23,641 bases of DNA from Candidatus Sysuimicrobiota bacterium (GTDB lineage Bacteria > Sysuimicrobiota > Sysuimicrobiia > Sysuimicrobiales > Sysuimicrobiaceae), in contig PSLI01000027.1 of NCBI GenBank assembly GCA_040289515.1, positions 6,795 through 30,435 on the forward strand, in the 5' to 3' direction. Both the position numbers and the translations under genes were made by a program. This document shows, in pieces, positions 16,971 through 23,641 of the stretch (position 1 is the first letter of the stretch; each line of letters opens with the position of its first letter). The notes beneath the pieces are model-generated. The model was given only the letters and a program-made list of their open reading frames with translations. It was not told the origin of the DNA and did no database searches.

Positions 16971-18698
16971 ATGGGCAGCCGTAGGTTGTGGGAGCTCGTC
17001 TGGCGCCACCGGAAGGCGTACGCGTGCGGCTACGCGGCCGCGCTGGGGGCGATTGCCGCGGCCCAGACATCCCCGTGGGTGCTCCGGGCCGCGGTGGACC
17101 GTATCCAGGGGGGCCAGGCCGGGGTGGAAGCCCTCGCGGCCGGGCTGGTGGCTCTGGCGGTGGTGGAGGCGGCCTTCAGCTACGCCATGCGGTGGCAGAT
17201 CCTGAAGGCATCCTTCCGCATCGAGGCGGAGCTGCGGGACGCCCTGTTCGGGCACCTGCAGCGGCTGGACGCCAGCTTCTTCCAGCGCTGGCGCACGGGC
17301 GACCTGTTGAGCCGGGCGGTGAGCGACGTAAGGGCGGTGCAGCGCTTTGCGGGGGTGGGGCTCATGCGGTCCGCGCACACCGCGGTCATGGTGGCGAGCT
17401 CCGTGGCTTTCATGCTGCTCACCAGCCCCCGTCTCACCGCGGTGACCCTGGCCATCCTGCCGGCGGCCACGGTGCTGTTTGTGGTGCTGGGCCGACGCGT
17501 GCGCCGTCGCTTTCAGACGGTGCAGGAGCGCCTCAGCGACCTTGCGGCCCTCAGCCAGGAGAACTTCGGCGGGATCCGGGTGGTGAAGGCCTTCAACCGG
17601 GAGGCGGCGGAGGTGCGGCGCTTCCGTGGGGTGGCGGAAGCGCTGGCGGACGCCCAGGTGCGCTTGGCACGGGTGCAGGGCGCCCTGTGGCCCTCGGTGG
17701 GCCTGGTGCTGGGTAGCGCGGCGGTGGCCCTGCTGTGGGAGGGCGGGCGCTTGGTGGCCACGGGCCAGCTGACTTTGGGCCAGCTGGTGCAGTTCTCGTA
17801 CTACCTGGCGCGCCTGAGCTTTCCCATGATCGCGGCGGGTTGGGTGCTGAACCTGTGGGAGCAGGGTCGGGCATCCATGGCCCGACTGGAAGAGGTGTTC
17901 CGGGCGAAACCCCAGGTGCAGAACCCTCCGGCCCCCGTGGTGCTGCCGGCGGTGCGGGGCGAGGTGCAGTTCCGGGGGGTTTGGTTCGCGTACAACGGCA
18001 GGCCGGTCCTACGGGGCGTGGACCTGCAGGTGCCTGCGGGCGCCACCGTGGCCCTGGTGGGGCCCACCGGTGCGGGCAAGACCACCCTGGTGAGCCTGAT
18101 CCCTAGGTTGTTTGACCCCACCCGTGGGTGCGTGCTCCTGGACGGCGTGGACGTCCGGCGGTTGAAGCTCCGGGACCTACGCGGAGCGGTGGGGTTCGTT
18201 CCGCAGGAGCCGTTCCTGTTCACCGACACCCTATATGCCAACGTGGCCTTGGGGGTGCAGGACCAGGGCCGGGTGTGGGAGGCCTTCCGCGTGTCGAGGC
18301 TGTCGAAGGACCTAGATCAGCTGCCGGGAGGCTGCGAGGCGGTGGTGGGCGAGCGCGGCCTCACCCTCTCCGGCGGGCAGCGGCAGCGGGCTGCCCTGGC
18401 GCGGGTTCTGGCGCGGGACGTACGGGTGGTGATCCTGGACGACGCCCTGAGCAGCGTGGACGCCCAGACCGAGGCGGAGATCCTGCATGAGTTGCGGCAC
18501 GCTCTACACGGGCGCACGGTTCTGTTGATTACGCATCGGCTGGGGGCGCTGGAGTCGGTGGACTGGATCGTGGTGCTGGACAGCGGGCAGGTGGTAGAGC
18601 AGGGAACGCACCGGAACTTGCTGCGGGCCGGGGGCCTGTACGCGGAGCTGTACGAGCGGCAGCGGTTGCAACAGGAGCTGGAGGTGGACGGCCCGTGA
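16971..18698 (+). CDS. ABC exporter half-transporter (TMD+NBD), subunit with non-canonical Walker B (MdlA/YheI/TmrB-like)
   Basis: Six-TM domain, Walker A 'GPTGAGKT', signature 'LSGGQ', Walker B 'ILDDALSSVD' (Asp replaces catalytic Glu). Start placed at ATG 16971. Confidence 0.93.
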   Translation: MGSRRLWELVWRHRKAYACGYAAALGAIAAAQTSPWVLRAAVDRIQGGQAGVEALAAGLVALAVVEAAFSYAMRWQILKASFRIEAELRDALFGHLQRLDASFFQRWRTGDLLSRAVSDVRAVQRFAGVGLMRSAHTAVMVASSVAFMLLTSPRLTAVTLAILPAATVLFVVLGRRVRRRFQTVQERLSDLAALSQENFGGIRVVKAFNREAAEVRRFRGVAEALADAQVRLARVQGALWPSVGLVLGSAAVALLWEGGRLVATGQLTLGQLVQFSYYLARLSFPMIAAGWVLNLWEQGRASMARLEEVFRAKPQVQNPPAPVVLPAVRGEVQFRGVWFAYNGRPVLRGVDLQVPAGATVALVGPTGAGKTTLVSLIPRLFDPTRGCVLLDGVDVRRLKLRDLRGAVGFVPQEPFLFTDTLYANVALGVQDQGRVWEAFRVSRLSKDLDQLPGGCEAVVGERGLTLSGGQRQRAALARVLARDVRVVILDDALSSVDAQTEAEILHELRHALHGRTVLLITHRLGALESVDWIVVLDSGQVVEQGTHRNLLRAGGLYAELYERQRLQQELEVDGP

Positions 18699-20536
18699 CG
18701 GGGGCAGGGTTCTTCGAGGAGGAACCGGTCGGCGGGTATGACCGCGGGACCCTGGGTAGGCTGCTGGCCTACCTGCGTCCGTACCGGCGGCAGGTGCTGG
18801 CGGCGGTGGGCCTGCTGCTGGTCTCCTCCGCCGCGGAACTAACCGGACCCCAGCTGTACCGGGTGGCCATCGACCGGTACATCGCGCCCCGCGCGGGCTC
18901 GCCGGACGTGTGGGGGCTGTCCGGGGTGGCGGCCGTGTACCTAATGGTGCTGGCGGTGGGCTTCGCAGCCCGGTGGACGCAGAACGTGCTGGTGCAAGCC
19001 GCGGGCCAGCGGGCCATGGCGGACCTGAGGACGCAGCTTTACAGCCACCTCCAGCGTTTGCCGGTGGCCTTCTTCCACCGCAACCCCACCGGCCGCCTGG
19101 TCACCCGCGTCACGCACGACGTGGACAGCCTGAACGAGTTGCTGACTTCCGGACTGGTGGCGGTGTTCGGGGATGTGGTGACCCTCGCGGGCGTGGTGGC
19201 GGCCATGCTGTGGCTGGACTGGCGGCTAGCCCTGGGGGTTCTCTCGGTGCTGCCCCTGGTGTACGGAGTCACGGAACGGTTTCGCGTGCGCGCGCTGCAG
19301 GTGTATCGGGCCGTGCGGTGGCGCCTGGCGCGCCTTGCCGCGTACCTGAGCGAGCAGATGGCGGGCATGGCGGTGGTGCAGCTGCACGGGGCCCAGGAGC
19401 GCGCACGAGCCCGCTTCCGCGAGCAGAACGAGGACCTCCTGGAGGCCCACCTGGCCTCCGTGTCCAACATGGCCCAGTTCTTCCCCGCGGTGCAGGTGCT
19501 GGGCACGCTGGCGGTGGCCCTGCTGCTGTGGGTGGGCGGCGGCCGCGCGGTGCAGGGGTGGGTGACCTTGGGGGTTCTGGTAGCCATGGTCCAGTACGCG
19601 GAGCGGCTGTTTGACCCCGTGCGGGAGCTGGCGGAGAAGTTCAACCTTCTGCAGCAGGCCATGGCCAGCAGCGAGCGCATTTTCCGCCTGCTGGACGAAC
19701 CCGTTACGCTGCAGGACCCACCGGCCCCGGTGGCCCTGGAGCGGGTGCGGGGGGAGGTGGAGTTCCGGGACGTGTGGTTCGCCTACGACCCCGGGGAGGC
19801 TTCGCGGGACGGGATCGGCTGGGCGCTGCGGGGCGTATCCTTCCGCTTGGAGCCCGGAGAGCGGGTGGCGGTGGTGGGACCCACCGGGGCCGGAAAAAGT
19901 TCCCTGGTGCAGCTGTTGTGCCGCTTTTACGACCCGCAGCGGGGAAGCGTCCTGCTGGACGGCGTGGACGTGCGGGCGGTGCGTCAGGCGGACCTGCGCC
20001 GCCACGTGGGGGTGGTGTTGCAGGACGTGATCCTGTTCTCGGGCACGGTGCTGGACAACATCCGACTGTGGGACCCAGAGATCCCCCTGGAGCGCGTCCG
20101 GGAGGCGGCTGCCCGCGCGGGCGCGGATCCGTTCATCGAGGCGCTGCCCCAGGGGTACCTGACGGAGGTGGGGGAGCGGGGCGTGCGGCTATCGAGCGGG
20201 CAGCGGCAGCTCATCGCCCTGGCCCGGGCCCTCCTGCACGACCCGGCGGTGCTGGTGGTGCTGGACGAGGCCACCAGCAGCGTGGACGCGGAGACGGAAC
20301 GCCAGGTGCTGGAGGCGCTCTGCGGCAGCCTGCGGGGGCGGACGGTGCTCGTAGTGGCCCACCGCCTCGCCACGGTTCGGGAGGTGGACCGGATCCTGGT
20401 TCTGCACCGCGGCCGGGTGGTGGAGGAGGGCACCCACCGCGAGCTGATGGCGCAGGACGGTGTGTACGCAAAGCTGTACCGGCTCCAGGCGGGCCAGGGG
20501 CGGTGGGTGCAGGCGGGGCGGGGAGGCCGAAGGTGA
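18695..20536 (+). CDS. ABC exporter half-transporter (TMD+NBD), partner subunit (MdlB/YheH/TmrA-like)
   Basis: Walker A 'GPTGAGKS', variant signature 'LSSGQ', canonical 'VLDEATSSVD', 'AHRL'; GTGA overlap with the preceding gene. Confidence 0.93.
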   Translation: MTGAGFFEEEPVGGYDRGTLGRLLAYLRPYRRQVLAAVGLLLVSSAAELTGPQLYRVAIDRYIAPRAGSPDVWGLSGVAAVYLMVLAVGFAARWTQNVLVQAAGQRAMADLRTQLYSHLQRLPVAFFHRNPTGRLVTRVTHDVDSLNELLTSGLVAVFGDVVTLAGVVAAMLWLDWRLALGVLSVLPLVYGVTERFRVRALQVYRAVRWRLARLAAYLSEQMAGMAVVQLHGAQERARARFREQNEDLLEAHLASVSNMAQFFPAVQVLGTLAVALLLWVGGGRAVQGWVTLGVLVAMVQYAERLFDPVRELAEKFNLLQQAMASSERIFRLLDEPVTLQDPPAPVALERVRGEVEFRDVWFAYDPGEASRDGIGWALRGVSFRLEPGERVAVVGPTGAGKSSLVQLLCRFYDPQRGSVLLDGVDVRAVRQADLRRHVGVVLQDVILFSGTVLDNIRLWDPEIPLERVREAAARAGADPFIEALPQGYLTEVGERGVRLSSGQRQLIALARALLHDPAVLVVLDEATSSVDAETERQVLEALCGSLRGRTVLVVAHRLATVREVDRILVLHRGRVVEEGTHRELMAQDGVYAKLYRLQAGQGRWVQAGRGGRR

Positions 20537-20877
20537 GCCGCGAGGAACAGGTGTTGGAAGAACTGCGGGCGCTGCTGCGGGAGGCGGTGACGGAGCGGCG
20601 GGGGCTGGTAACCTTCACGCGGCTGGGGGGCGCGGAGCTGGACCGGCTGGCGCGGCAAGCGGAGCGGCACGCGCTGGAGCAGGTGGCCTCGCGGATCCCA
20701 CGGGACCCAAACGGACCCATCCTGGCTGCGGTGGCCGCGGCCTTGCAGGTCATGCACCAGGAACTCGACCACCTCGAGGCGGCCACCAACATCCGCCCGG
20801 ACTCCAGAGCCCTGGCCCGGGACGACGTGATCTGGCGGACCTTCGAGCGGGTCGCGCAGCTGCTGGGCGTGCTGTAG
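20533..20877 (+). CDS. Hypothetical helical protein (114 aa, MSREEQVLEELRALLREAV...)
   Basis: GTGA overlap with the ABC gene stop, RBS GGGAGG upstream, normal codon bias. No family recognised. Confidence 0.8.
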   Translation: MSREEQVLEELRALLREAVTERRGLVTFTRLGGAELDRLARQAERHALEQVASRIPRDPNGPILAAVAAALQVMHQELDHLEAATNIRPDSRALARDDVIWRTFERVAQLLGVL

Positions 20878-20883
20878 GCGCCC

Positions 20884-21279
20884 TCAACGCCGCCGACGGC
20901 CGCCGCCCCGCTTGGCCTCCGTGTTGCGCTTGAGGTCCAGCAGCCGCTCCTCGCTCTGCCGCAGGAACGCCTTCAGCTTCTCCTCGAAGGTGGTGCGCTG
21001 CTTCTGCCGGTTGGCCCGCTCCTCCGGGGTCAGGGCCTGCTTCACCGACAGGTCCAGCTTGCCGCGCTCGTTCAGGCCGAGGATCTTTACGCGGACCGTC
21101 TGCCCCTCGCGGAGGTACTCGCGGATGTCCCGCACGAAGGTGTCCGCGATCTCCGAAATGTGCACCAGCCCGCTGCGCCCGTCGGGGAGGTCCACGAAAG
21201 CTCCGTAGGTGGTGATCTTGGTCACGACCCCCTCGACGATCTGCCCCGCCCCCACCGCCTGCTGCGGGTTCGTGCTCAT
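20884..21279 (-). CDS. S1 RNA-binding domain protein, YabR/YugI-like
   Basis: S1 fold 'GQIVEGVVTKITTYGAFVDL...GLVHISEI...LDLSVK' and YabR-like tail 'FEEKLKAFLRQSEERLLDLKRNTEAKRGG'; RBS GGAAGGAGG. Confidence 0.92.
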   Translation of the reverse strand: MSTNPQQAVGAGQIVEGVVTKITTYGAFVDLPDGRSGLVHISEIADTFVRDIREYLREGQTVRVKILGLNERGKLDLSVKQALTPEERANRQKQRTTFEEKLKAFLRQSEERLLDLKRNTEAKRGGGRRRR

Positions 21280-21317
21280 GCCTCCTTCCAACACCCCCGC
21301 TCCCGAAGTCCGGTTGC

Positions 21318-21346
21318 ATTGTAGGGAGGCCTCCGGGGTGCGTCAA
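21318..21346 (-). promoter_or_regulatory. Near-consensus sigma70 promoter TTGACG-N17-TACAAT for the S1 gene
   Basis: Minus strand -35 at 21346-21341 and -10 at 21323-21318, exact 17-bp spacer. Confidence 0.85.
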
Positions 21347-21414
21347 CGTACCCATGACCGGCGCGGGAGCCGGCCCCCGGGAAGGGAGTATGTGGCCCGT
21401 GTCTTGCTCCGCTC

Positions 21415-21443
21415 TTGGGCGCCTCGCCGCGGGGCGGTAGGAT
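21415..21443 (+). promoter_or_regulatory. Candidate sigma70 promoter TTGGGC-N17-TAGGAT for coaB
   Basis: -35 at 21415-21420, -10 at 21438-21443, 17-bp spacer, divergent from the S1 promoter. Confidence 0.55.
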
Positions 21444-21474
21444 AAAAGGGGACGTGGGGCCTGCGGAGGGCGGT

Positions 21475-22146
21475 TTGCTAAGGGGCAAGCGCATCCTGGT
21501 GACCTCGGGGCCCACACGGGCTCCCCTGGACTCGGTGCGGTTCATCAGCAACAAAGGCTCTGGGCGGACCGGAGCCCTGATCGCGGAGCTGGCCGTGCGG
21601 GCGGGGGCCTCGGTGACGTACGTGTACGGGCGGGGGGCCCAGCTGCCCCAGATCCGAGCCCGTGGCCGGGACCATCTGCGCCTGATCCCCATCGAGACGG
21701 TGGACGACCTCGTGAACGTTTTCCGGGAAGAGCTGCCCACGGGCTACGACGCCGTGGTGCACCCCATGGCGGTCCTCGACTTCGCGCCGGCGGAGGTACG
21801 GCAGGAGAAGGTGGGATCGGAGGAGGAGTGGGTGGTGCGGCTCGTCCCTACCCCCAAGGCCATCCAGCTGGTGAAGGCGCTGAGCCCGAAGACCTTCCTC
21901 GTGGGCTTCAAGCTGGAGGTGGGGCGGTCCCGGGAGGAGCTCGTTCGCATCGCCCACGAGTCCCTGCTCCGCAACAAGGCGGACGTCATGGTGGCCAACG
22001 ACCTGGAGGAGATCGACCGCGGGGTGCACCGGGGCTACTTCGTGGGCCCGGACGGCCGGGTGCTGCGGGTGGCGGAGGGTAAGGAGGAGATCGCCCGGGC
22101 GGTGCTGGAGCTGCTGGGGGAACGGCTGGGTGGGGAGGGACCATGA
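21475..22146 (+). CDS. coaB: Phosphopantothenate--cysteine ligase domain, stand-alone (no CoaC domain)
   Basis: 'LVTSGPTRAPLDSVRFISNKGSGRTG', 'HPMAVLDF', 'RLVPTPK.I', 'LVGFKLE', 'MVAND'. TTG 21475 follows GGAGG; GTG 21454 is an alternative start. Confidence 0.85.
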   Translation: MLRGKRILVTSGPTRAPLDSVRFISNKGSGRTGALIAELAVRAGASVTYVYGRGAQLPQIRARGRDHLRLIPIETVDDLVNVFREELPTGYDAVVHPMAVLDFAPAEVRQEKVGSEEEWVVRLVPTPKAIQLVKALSPKTFLVGFKLEVGRSREELVRIAHESLLRNKADVMVANDLEEIDRGVHRGYFVGPDGRVLRVAEGKEEIARAVLELLGERLGGEGP

Positions 22147-22536
22147 GCCGGTTCGAGGAGGGCCTGCGGGTCCGCAAGCACGTCGTGGGCGAGACGTACA
22201 TGGAGCGCAGCTTCCAGGAGGCGGACGACTTCACCCGCCCTTTGCAGGAATTGGTGACGGAGTACGCGTGGGGTGCCGTGTGGGCCCGGCCGGGCCTGGC
22301 CCGCAGGGAGCGGAGCTTGGTCACGGTAGCCGTGCTGGCGGCGCTTTAACCGGCCTCACGAGCTGCGCCTGCACCTTCCGGGCGCTCTGCGGAACGGGTG
22401 CACCGTGGAGGAGATCCGGGAGACCCTGCTGCAGGTGGCGGTGTACGCGGGCATGCCCGCGGCCCTGGACGCTTTCCGGATCGCCCGGGAGATGCTGGGC
22501 CAAGGAAAGAACACGCGCGAGGGAGGTGCGGAGTAA
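22143..22536 (+). pseudogene. Carboxymuconolactone decarboxylase family (PcaC-like) gene split by a +1 frameshift; pseudogene or recoded
   Basis: Frame 1 'EYAWGAVWARPGLARRERSLVTVAVLAAL' stops at CTT TAA (22344-22349). The +1 frame continues 'NRPHELRLHLPGALRNGCTVEEIRETLLQVAVYAGMPAALDAFRIA...' to TAA 22534-22536. The joined product is 130 aa. Confidence 0.85.
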
Positions 22537-22697
22537 GCGGCGCGATCCGTGCCGACCAGACGGGAAGCCCGCTGCGGCCCCAGGAGCTACTGGAGGCGCG
22601 GCGGGGGGCGCTTCGGAAGCGGTTCTGCGAGCCCTGGAGGACCGGCACATTTTGCGGCTGCTGGAGCGGCAGCGGGAGCTGGGTGTGGACGCCATAC
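22533..22697 (+). pseudogene. N-terminal remnant of a cobalamin-independent methionine synthase II family (YxjG/YxjH-like) gene
   Basis: 'IRADQTGSPLRPQELLEAR' then, after a frameshift near the G run at 22603-22608, 'LRALEDRHILRLLERQRELGVDA'. This resembles the family N-terminus RADxVGSLLRP..L..AR ... L...ED..I...V..Q...G.D. It is truncated where TDGE is expected. Confidence 0.65.
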
Positions 22698-22716
22698 CGC
22701 AGAGGATCCGGACAGG

Positions 22717-22749
22717 CAACCCGGCCGGACGCCCCGACCGGCCGGGTTG
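22717..22749. repeat. Perfect 12-bp inverted repeat (CAACCCGGCCGG - 9 nt - CCGGCCGGGTTG), terminator-like hairpin
   Basis: Arms at 22717-22728 and 22738-22749. No U-tract on either side. Confidence 0.7.
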
Positions 22750-22782
22750 AACGCTGGGTCGCGGCCGGGTGGGAAGACGCCC

Positions 22783-22836
22783 TTGACAGGTGGGTGGCAC
22801 CGACGCACAACTTGTCTTTCAAAGTAGTGTTCAAAG
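22783..22836 (+). promoter_or_regulatory. Consensus -35 TTGACA with weak -10 and an AT-rich operator-like region (TTCAAAG x2)
   Basis: TTGACA at 22783-22788; CACAAC at 17-bp spacing; TTCAAAG at 22818-22824 and 22830-22836. Confidence 0.45.
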
Positions 22837-22838
22837 AA

Positions 22839-23348
22839 ATGAGATCATCCTCCTGAAGTCTTCACGCGTCGATCCCCAGGACCAGCTGCGGGTTGTGTTT
22901 ACGACCTTGGAGCAGGCGCGGCGGCTGTTCACACCGAGCGGTCTCGTCTACCGGGTTTGGGGGGCGGGCTGGATTGTCGGTTTCGGCGGAACCTACGCGA
23001 CCTTGGCCTATGGTCAGGGCGGCTGGCTGGGCTTACCGCCTCCCAGTCTGATTGGGGCCGCGTGGATGCTGGCGCTGCTGGTAGCGTCGATCACGACCTA
23101 CGTCTTACTTTGCTCGCTTCAGCCGCGAGCGTCAGGTGCGCTCGCCCTCCGGCCTCCGCACCGGGTTGGCGTGGCCGGCGGCCTTCGCGCTGCTCGTCGC
23201 GACGATGCTCGTGGGGGATTTCGGTTCCGGCCTCAACTTTGGGGTCCGAGCGGTGTACACGGTAGCTGTTGTCTACCTCTTCATGGGCGCCGCGTTCCTC
23301 GACGACGTCCTGCTGGGGACCGGTCTACGCCCGCACGGCGGCGCATAG
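22839..23348 (+). pseudogene. Frameshifted, probably truncated multi-pass membrane protein
   Basis: Hydrophobic segments 'YRVWGAGWIVGFGG' and 'WMLALLVASITTYV' in one frame, continuing in another frame after about 23100-23135 as 'GLAWPAAFALLVATML' and 'VAVVYLFMGAAF'. No in-frame start with an RBS; boundaries approximate. Confidence 0.55.
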
Positions 23349-23437
23349 CATCGGGTAGCGGGTCCCCGGCCTGCAACCACTGCCCACCCGCGCCGCGCGC
23401 GCCGGCACCCTGCACGCAAGGCCGGAGGTGAGCCGCC

Positions 23438-23593
23438 ATGGGCGCGAGCCGCGACACGGGCATGCTGCTGCTGGGCATCTGGCTGCTGGCGACGGGCCTG
23501 CTGCCCCTCGTACGGGTCCACCTGCCGGCGCAGGACACGCTGCTCCGCCTGCTGGCCGCGATCGCCGGCACGTTGCTCCTCTGGGGGCGGTGA
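23438..23593 (+). CDS. Small two-TM membrane protein, 51 aa (MGASRDTGMLLLGIWLLATGLLPLVRVHLPAQDTLLRLLAAIAGTLLLWGR)
   Basis: Perfect RBS GGAGGTGA, ATG 23438, TGA 23591-23593, strong CTG/GC3 bias, two hydrophobic helices. Absent from the ORF track, whose shortest entries are 60 aa. Confidence 0.8.
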   Translation: MGASRDTGMLLLGIWLLATGLLPLVRVHLPAQDTLLRLLAAIAGTLLLWGR

Positions 23594-23641
23594 GCGGTGT
23601 CCGGGTGCTCCAGGGCCCGCTCCTTCAGGGCTCGTACGAGG

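Noticed and set aside
22143..22536. CMD-family protein substituting for the missing CoaC decarboxylase
   Set aside because: CoaC is an FMN-dependent HFCD-family enzyme with different chemistry; the CMD gene is also interrupted. Adjacency alone is not support.
23594..23641. Possible minus-strand coding sequence entering from the right edge
   Set aside because: Too short to assess, and the open frame runs antisense through the better-supported 51-aa gene.
1..23641. CRISPR arrays, tRNA/rRNA genes, transposases, integrases or defence systems
   Set aside because: No regularly spaced repeats, cloverleaf-like segments or relevant motifs were seen by eye. A covariance-model scan (Rfam/tRNAscan) would be needed to exclude small RNAs.

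Overview
Very GC-rich bacterial DNA (roughly 70% GC by eye), densely coding and mostly housekeeping or catabolic. In order: (1) an EamA/DMT exporter on the minus strand, divergent from a five-gene + operon (PfpI/DJ-1, a 106-aa hypothetical, an MBL-fold hydrolase, an alpha/beta hydrolase and a CatE-like VOC protein) whose first three junctions are GTGA overlaps; (2) a convergent, multiply broken HAMP/HisKA sensor kinase pseudogene; (3) a pxpA without pxpBC in this window, overlapping a membrane-anchored penicillin-acylase-family Ntn hydrolase; (4) a TetR regulator with a clear promoter and perfect palindromic operator, heading a Bacillus-type fadN-fadA-fadE plus acyl-CoA ligase beta-oxidation operon; (5) a heterodimeric ABC exporter and a 114-aa hypothetical; (6) a YabR-like S1 protein divergent from a monofunctional CoaB; (7) a decaying tail containing a carboxymuconolactone-decarboxylase-family gene split at a prfB-like CTT-TAA-C site, a MetE-family N-terminal remnant and a frameshifted membrane protein, then an intact 51-aa membrane microprotein missing from the ORF track. 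I saw no rRNA, tRNA, CRISPR array or transposase. Nothing here proves a new system. The best leads are the possible recoding site, the putative acyl-amide/lactam catabolic arrangement and the detox-hydrolase operon. All family calls are from motif recognition without database searches.
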